Assembly: GCA_043228905.1 (NCBI GenBank)
Contig: JBHGNT010000005.1
Coordinates: 23,560,001 to 23,624,000, forward strand
Direction: 5' to 3'
Length of the DNA stretch: 64,000 bases
Source of the DNA: Azolla caroliniana
Lineage: Eukaryota > Plantae > Polypodiophyta
Numbering within the stretch: position 1 is the first letter of the stretch; each line of letters begins with the position of its first letter. The notes beneath the pieces are model-generated. The model was not told the origin of the DNA, did not search any database, and saw only the letters and a list, made by a program, of their open reading frames with translations. The translations under genes and the position numbers were made by a program. Shown in pieces: positions 59,794 through 64,000 of this stretch.

Positions 59794-62700
59794 TATTACC
59801 AATTAGGAACACTGTCTACGGTCAGTCCTTCGACCTAGACCTCAAGGTGACTATGTTGCAAGGAATGGTACCGTCGTACCATAATACGTAATGGGATACT
59901 TCCCCGTATCCTAGTAGTGTATAAGGGGAGACGGCTACAACCGAACTCCTTAGGAAGTGCACTTAGTATCTGCACTTACGCCTACACCTTTACGATTACA
60001 ATCCGCCATAGAGAAGAAAGAACACAGTATATAGAACCACAAATATGCACAGAAATCAGGGAAGATAGTATTCTATTAGAATAAGGCTCTATGCATCAAA
60101 ATTACGCGCTATCTCTTACAGAGGATTTCTGCCCTTTATATACCCAGGGTCTTTTAGCCATTCACGCTTCCCGCGTGAACCATTACATGCGTTTCTTACG
60201 CTCTTACTATATTCTAATATTTTTGCGCTTCTGTCCGTCGATTACTATTCCGGCGGACAACACCTGGCATGCCTGTGGGACAGTGCCATGGCACGTCGGA
60301 CCCACCCCTTTAATCTTCCTCCAAAATGGCCCAGATGTTTGGTTCCGCCCCGATGTCCTGGTCCAGGGACGGCGTAGTGTTCGTAGGTGCGTCGTTGCGC
60401 GGTTCCATGTCTTGTACGTGCTCGGTGGGGCTTTCCATGGTGTTAATGTCTCCCTGTGTGGGCGGTCCGGGCTCTACTGGCTCCTCCCGTTCTACTATGG
60501 CGGGCTCATCCGTCTACGAGCTCTCAGGAGGTTGAGGCTCTGTCCGGTCCGTAACTTCCTCCATGTTGTTGGCCGTAGTCGTACACTCCGGTGAATGGGG
60601 CTGAGGTTCGTCCTATTCGGCGGCCTCACTTTCCGGTATCGTGAGGGGCTCCGCTTGTTGTTCCATGCTGCCTACCGTAGTTGTTATTTTCCGGTGACGT
60701 GGGTTGAGGCTCCTCTTGTTCGGCAGTATCACTTATTCGTATCGCGATGGATTCCTCGTTTGGTCGCATGCTTCCGGCTTGCATGATTTGGTGAAACATA
60801 TCCTCCTGACTTTCGCCAAAATCGTCTAGTAGTTGCGCGAGTTCCTTGGAGTGTTGGTCCGCTAGCGTGCGATAATCCTGCGCTAGGTCCTCGCGTACTG
60901 CTGCAATGCTTTCCTCATTGAGTTTGTAGAAACCTTGGTTGTCTTTCCTTCGGTTCTCCCAGTCCGCTCGGTAGGTATGCAACTCCGTCGCTTGTGTAGC
61001 CCACGCCATCCAACCTTTGTCTAGCACCACTTGTAATTGCGTCGTAATCCTCTCCCGATTTGTTTGAAGAAGTATGTGCACATTGTCGGTTATTGCTTGG
61101 CAGCGATTGCACGCTTCTTCCACGGTTTTCTTAAGGTTTTCGATTTCTTGTTTACTGACCGTCGTTGCTTCCTCATAATTGCTCCTCATTCATGCCCATA
61201 ACTGAGACTCCTTCGAATGTAATTCCTCCAGTTTTCCCATTTCATTGTTCAGGCGGATTTCGACCTAATGCCTCACCTCCTGTTCCCGTACAAGCTGCTC
61301 GTCGAACCACACTTTCTTCTTTTCCAATAACGCCCGGAGTCTCGTGATTGTTGTTTCCGATTTTTGCGCTTCCTCCCATAGTTTGGAGTTTTCTTCTTTC
61401 GTGTGGGTGTTCTCTGCTGCCTCCGCTTTGAGTTTTTCTTCGAGGGCCTTCACTACCTTTCGGCCTTTGGCCCAGATGTCCTTTTCTCTGTCAGAGGATT
61501 GGCGAAGTTCGGAGTGGAGGCGGTCAATCTCGGATTCCACCAGCTACACGGCCCTCTTTGCTTTTGAGGCAATGGCGGTCTGGGCTTCAACCTCTTCTCT
61601 AAGGGATTGGGTCTCAACGGTGTTGTTTGTTGGTGGAGATGCCTGTTGCGTCGTAGTTGCGTTACGTTCCAACTCCGTGATGCGTTTGTTGGCCTTTTGT
61701 AGCTCAGCTTGGGTCTGTTTAACCATTTTCCAGATATTTTTGTTTTTAATCGCCATATCCTTGGCGCCAAGACTGACCTTAGCCAGTTCCCTATGAACCT
61801 CGACGAGGGCCACATTTAATTGGGGTAGTTCAATTCCCATTCGGTGTATCCCAACGTTCCGTTGTCTGCCTACTCTAGCTAACGGCCCTTCATCATCGCT
61901 TTCCGTCGTTTGGGTTAGTGCGCCCTCAATCATTTGTTGTTCCACGTGCTCCTCAGCCATTCGTTGTGAGACTTTTATTTGTTGCGTTGCCAAAAATTCC
62001 ATGAGTTGGTAAGTAGTTCCGAACTGTAATAGTGCACTGAACTCATGGGTTGTGTCCGGAATGTCCGGATACTTCAGGACCTCACTTTCCGCCGTAAATA
62101 TGCCTTTCCCCCGCTGTGACTGGGCCATAATGATCGGTCGTGGTTCCCGGATTATTTCGAAAGTGGTTTTGGGCTCCGTAGCTCCGGAACTGTCGACCAC
62201 GGGAGTCGTCTCTGTGGCCACGAGTGTGTCTTAAACAAATCCGCGCCCATCTTTCTTGTCCAGCCTCCGCCGTTTCGGCCTCGGGCTTTCCTAACGTTGC
62301 TCGGCTTCCTGCTCCTGCGAGGCTTCCTCCCTGCGCTCCGGTTGTTCTTCCTGTGTTGTCCGCGTGCTGGGCTAGGCCGATTGGGGTTCATCCTCCCATT
62401 CCGTGGTGGCCAACTCCGCTAACCTCCGTTTCGTGGAACGTGGCGGCGGTGTGGGTTTGCTAGGTTATGGTGCGGGCAGACCTCGGGGTGGGAATAGTAT
62501 CGTCAGATACTATTGTATGATTGGCCTTAGCTTTTTTTCGCCTTGATACACGTGTAGTCCTTCCCGTAACGTTGGTCCCGTAATGAACCCCCAATCAACC
62601 GCACGCCCTTCGAAGGTATCAATGATCAAGCATGCCTTCTGCTTTGGCATCCCATAGGCATTTACATGCACGCATCCGACTTCCAACAAGAACTTGGCTA

Positions 62701-64000
62701 TTTCGCGAAAGAAGGGATCAGGGATTTACTTCGTCCTGTATGCCTTGGCGGACGTCGAATATGCCCCGAAATATCTCTGCAAGATTTCCGCATGAGGAAT
62801 GTCGAAATGTCTTTCTCCGAGCGATGAAAGTCAAGCTTCTTCCGGATAGAGGAGTTGGTGACCGTGTCTATATTGAGTTTCCTGGCGATGTCCAAGGCTT
62901 CAGGATGAGTGGGTGCCTCGGCGACTTTGATGTATCCGTCCAAGCGCTTTTCGACGAGCCATCTACGCAAGGCGGCAGAAATAGGGATCAGCATCGTTGG
63001 AGGGTGAGACTCGTGGATAGTGGGTGAGGTATGGTGGCTATGGCGAACTTGAGCTCTGTGGTATGACGGAGAGGAAGGTGAGTGAGGGGAGCGATGAGAG
63101 TTAGAAGGTTGGTTTCTGTTCTGTGCAGAAAACCTTCTATTTTCTTCTTTTTGTGGCCTAGGGTTCATTGGTCTATGAGCCATCGTGGTGCCGCGTGTTC
63201 TTGATCTAGAAGTTTATTCATGGATCAAGTCCTTTTAATAGCGTCGCTATCTTCTCTCTCTTTTTTTCTCTTTTTTTTCTTTTTTTTTCTTTTTGTAACG
63301 GTTACATACAATATTATTTTTACACTATAGTACAAGTAGGGCCCTATACTTACTCCGCGGATACACCAGCTTTGTCTTGTCCGGCGGGGAACGAGTTAGG
63401 TGGTGTAGGCCCCATGTAGGGTTTGAAGTGAACCCCATTCACTTTTTGTCGGAGCACCTCTCCAGCCAAGGTGCCAAGTTGAAATGTGTCGTTTTCCGCT
63501 CCAACTATCTAGCAGAATCTTAATTTTCCTGGCATTTGCCCCATGAGTGTTTGAAAAATTAATACCGCCTTCCCGACCGTAAAATCCTTTTCACGCGCAT
63601 ATCGATATCGGTCCACAAATGCTTTGCGCTGCCGCTATTCTTGTTCCAATATGGCCATACTGCGTACCCAAGTTTCGCCTAGTTCGAGCAGTTGTTGTAG
63701 CCGTATTTGTTCGAATTTGTCCTCTGATAGTCGGACTCGTACTTGAATCCGTAGGCTGGGTACCTGGAATTCGACTGGCATTACGGCCTCTAGCCCAAAT
63801 GCTAGCCTGAAAGGCGTGGATTGTATGTTGGTATTATAGCTAGTTCGATATGCCCATAATGTGTTGTGCAATTTGGTATCCCAATCTGTTATGTTCTCAT
63901 TGACTATCTTTTTGAGGATAGTTTGTAATGTTTTGTTCATGGATTCGGCCAAGCCATTTTCCTGTGGGTAATATGGCGTACTCTTTTTGTGGACCACGGC
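59794..64000 (-). mobile_element. Gypsy element F (family of E): 3' LTR 59794-60262, extra ORF and integrase end; continues beyond the window
   Basis: LTR termini shared with E. Coiled-coil extra ORF at 60330-63000. Integrase YPQENGLAE...ALWAYRT-type ORF at 63635-63997. Confidence 0.88.

Overview
Eukaryotic, transposon-saturated plant DNA with GT-AG introns. The Tcn1-like chromovirus and Sola2 element suggest a non-seed plant such as a bryophyte (inference). No intact host gene is evident. Almost everything resolves into nested insertions with identifiable TSDs: Copia remnants at both sides, hAT-type MITEs, an L1 LINE fragment, four non-chromovirus-like Gypsy elements, one very young intact chromovirus (15892-21661) and a 10.6 kb Sola2 DNA transposon (25932-36580) carrying RING-like and FCP1/NIF-phosphatase-like cargo. 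Main discovery: removing two insertions (6317-7790 and 8117-42506) at their TSDs rebuilds an intron-containing, bacterial-type beta-class N6-adenine/N4-cytosine DNA methyltransferase pseudogene (DIPY ... WIKTN ... NPY*KP ... LDLFSG/GTT ... ALEKD). It lies head-to-head with a DNA-transposase fragment, suggesting a transposon that carries its own amino-methyltransferase. Second highlight: three Gypsy copies lack a polypurine tract and instead carry a conserved tRNA-Arg-like 3' fragment ending in CCA exactly 2 nt before the 3' LTR. All calls are by eye; no database searches were run.
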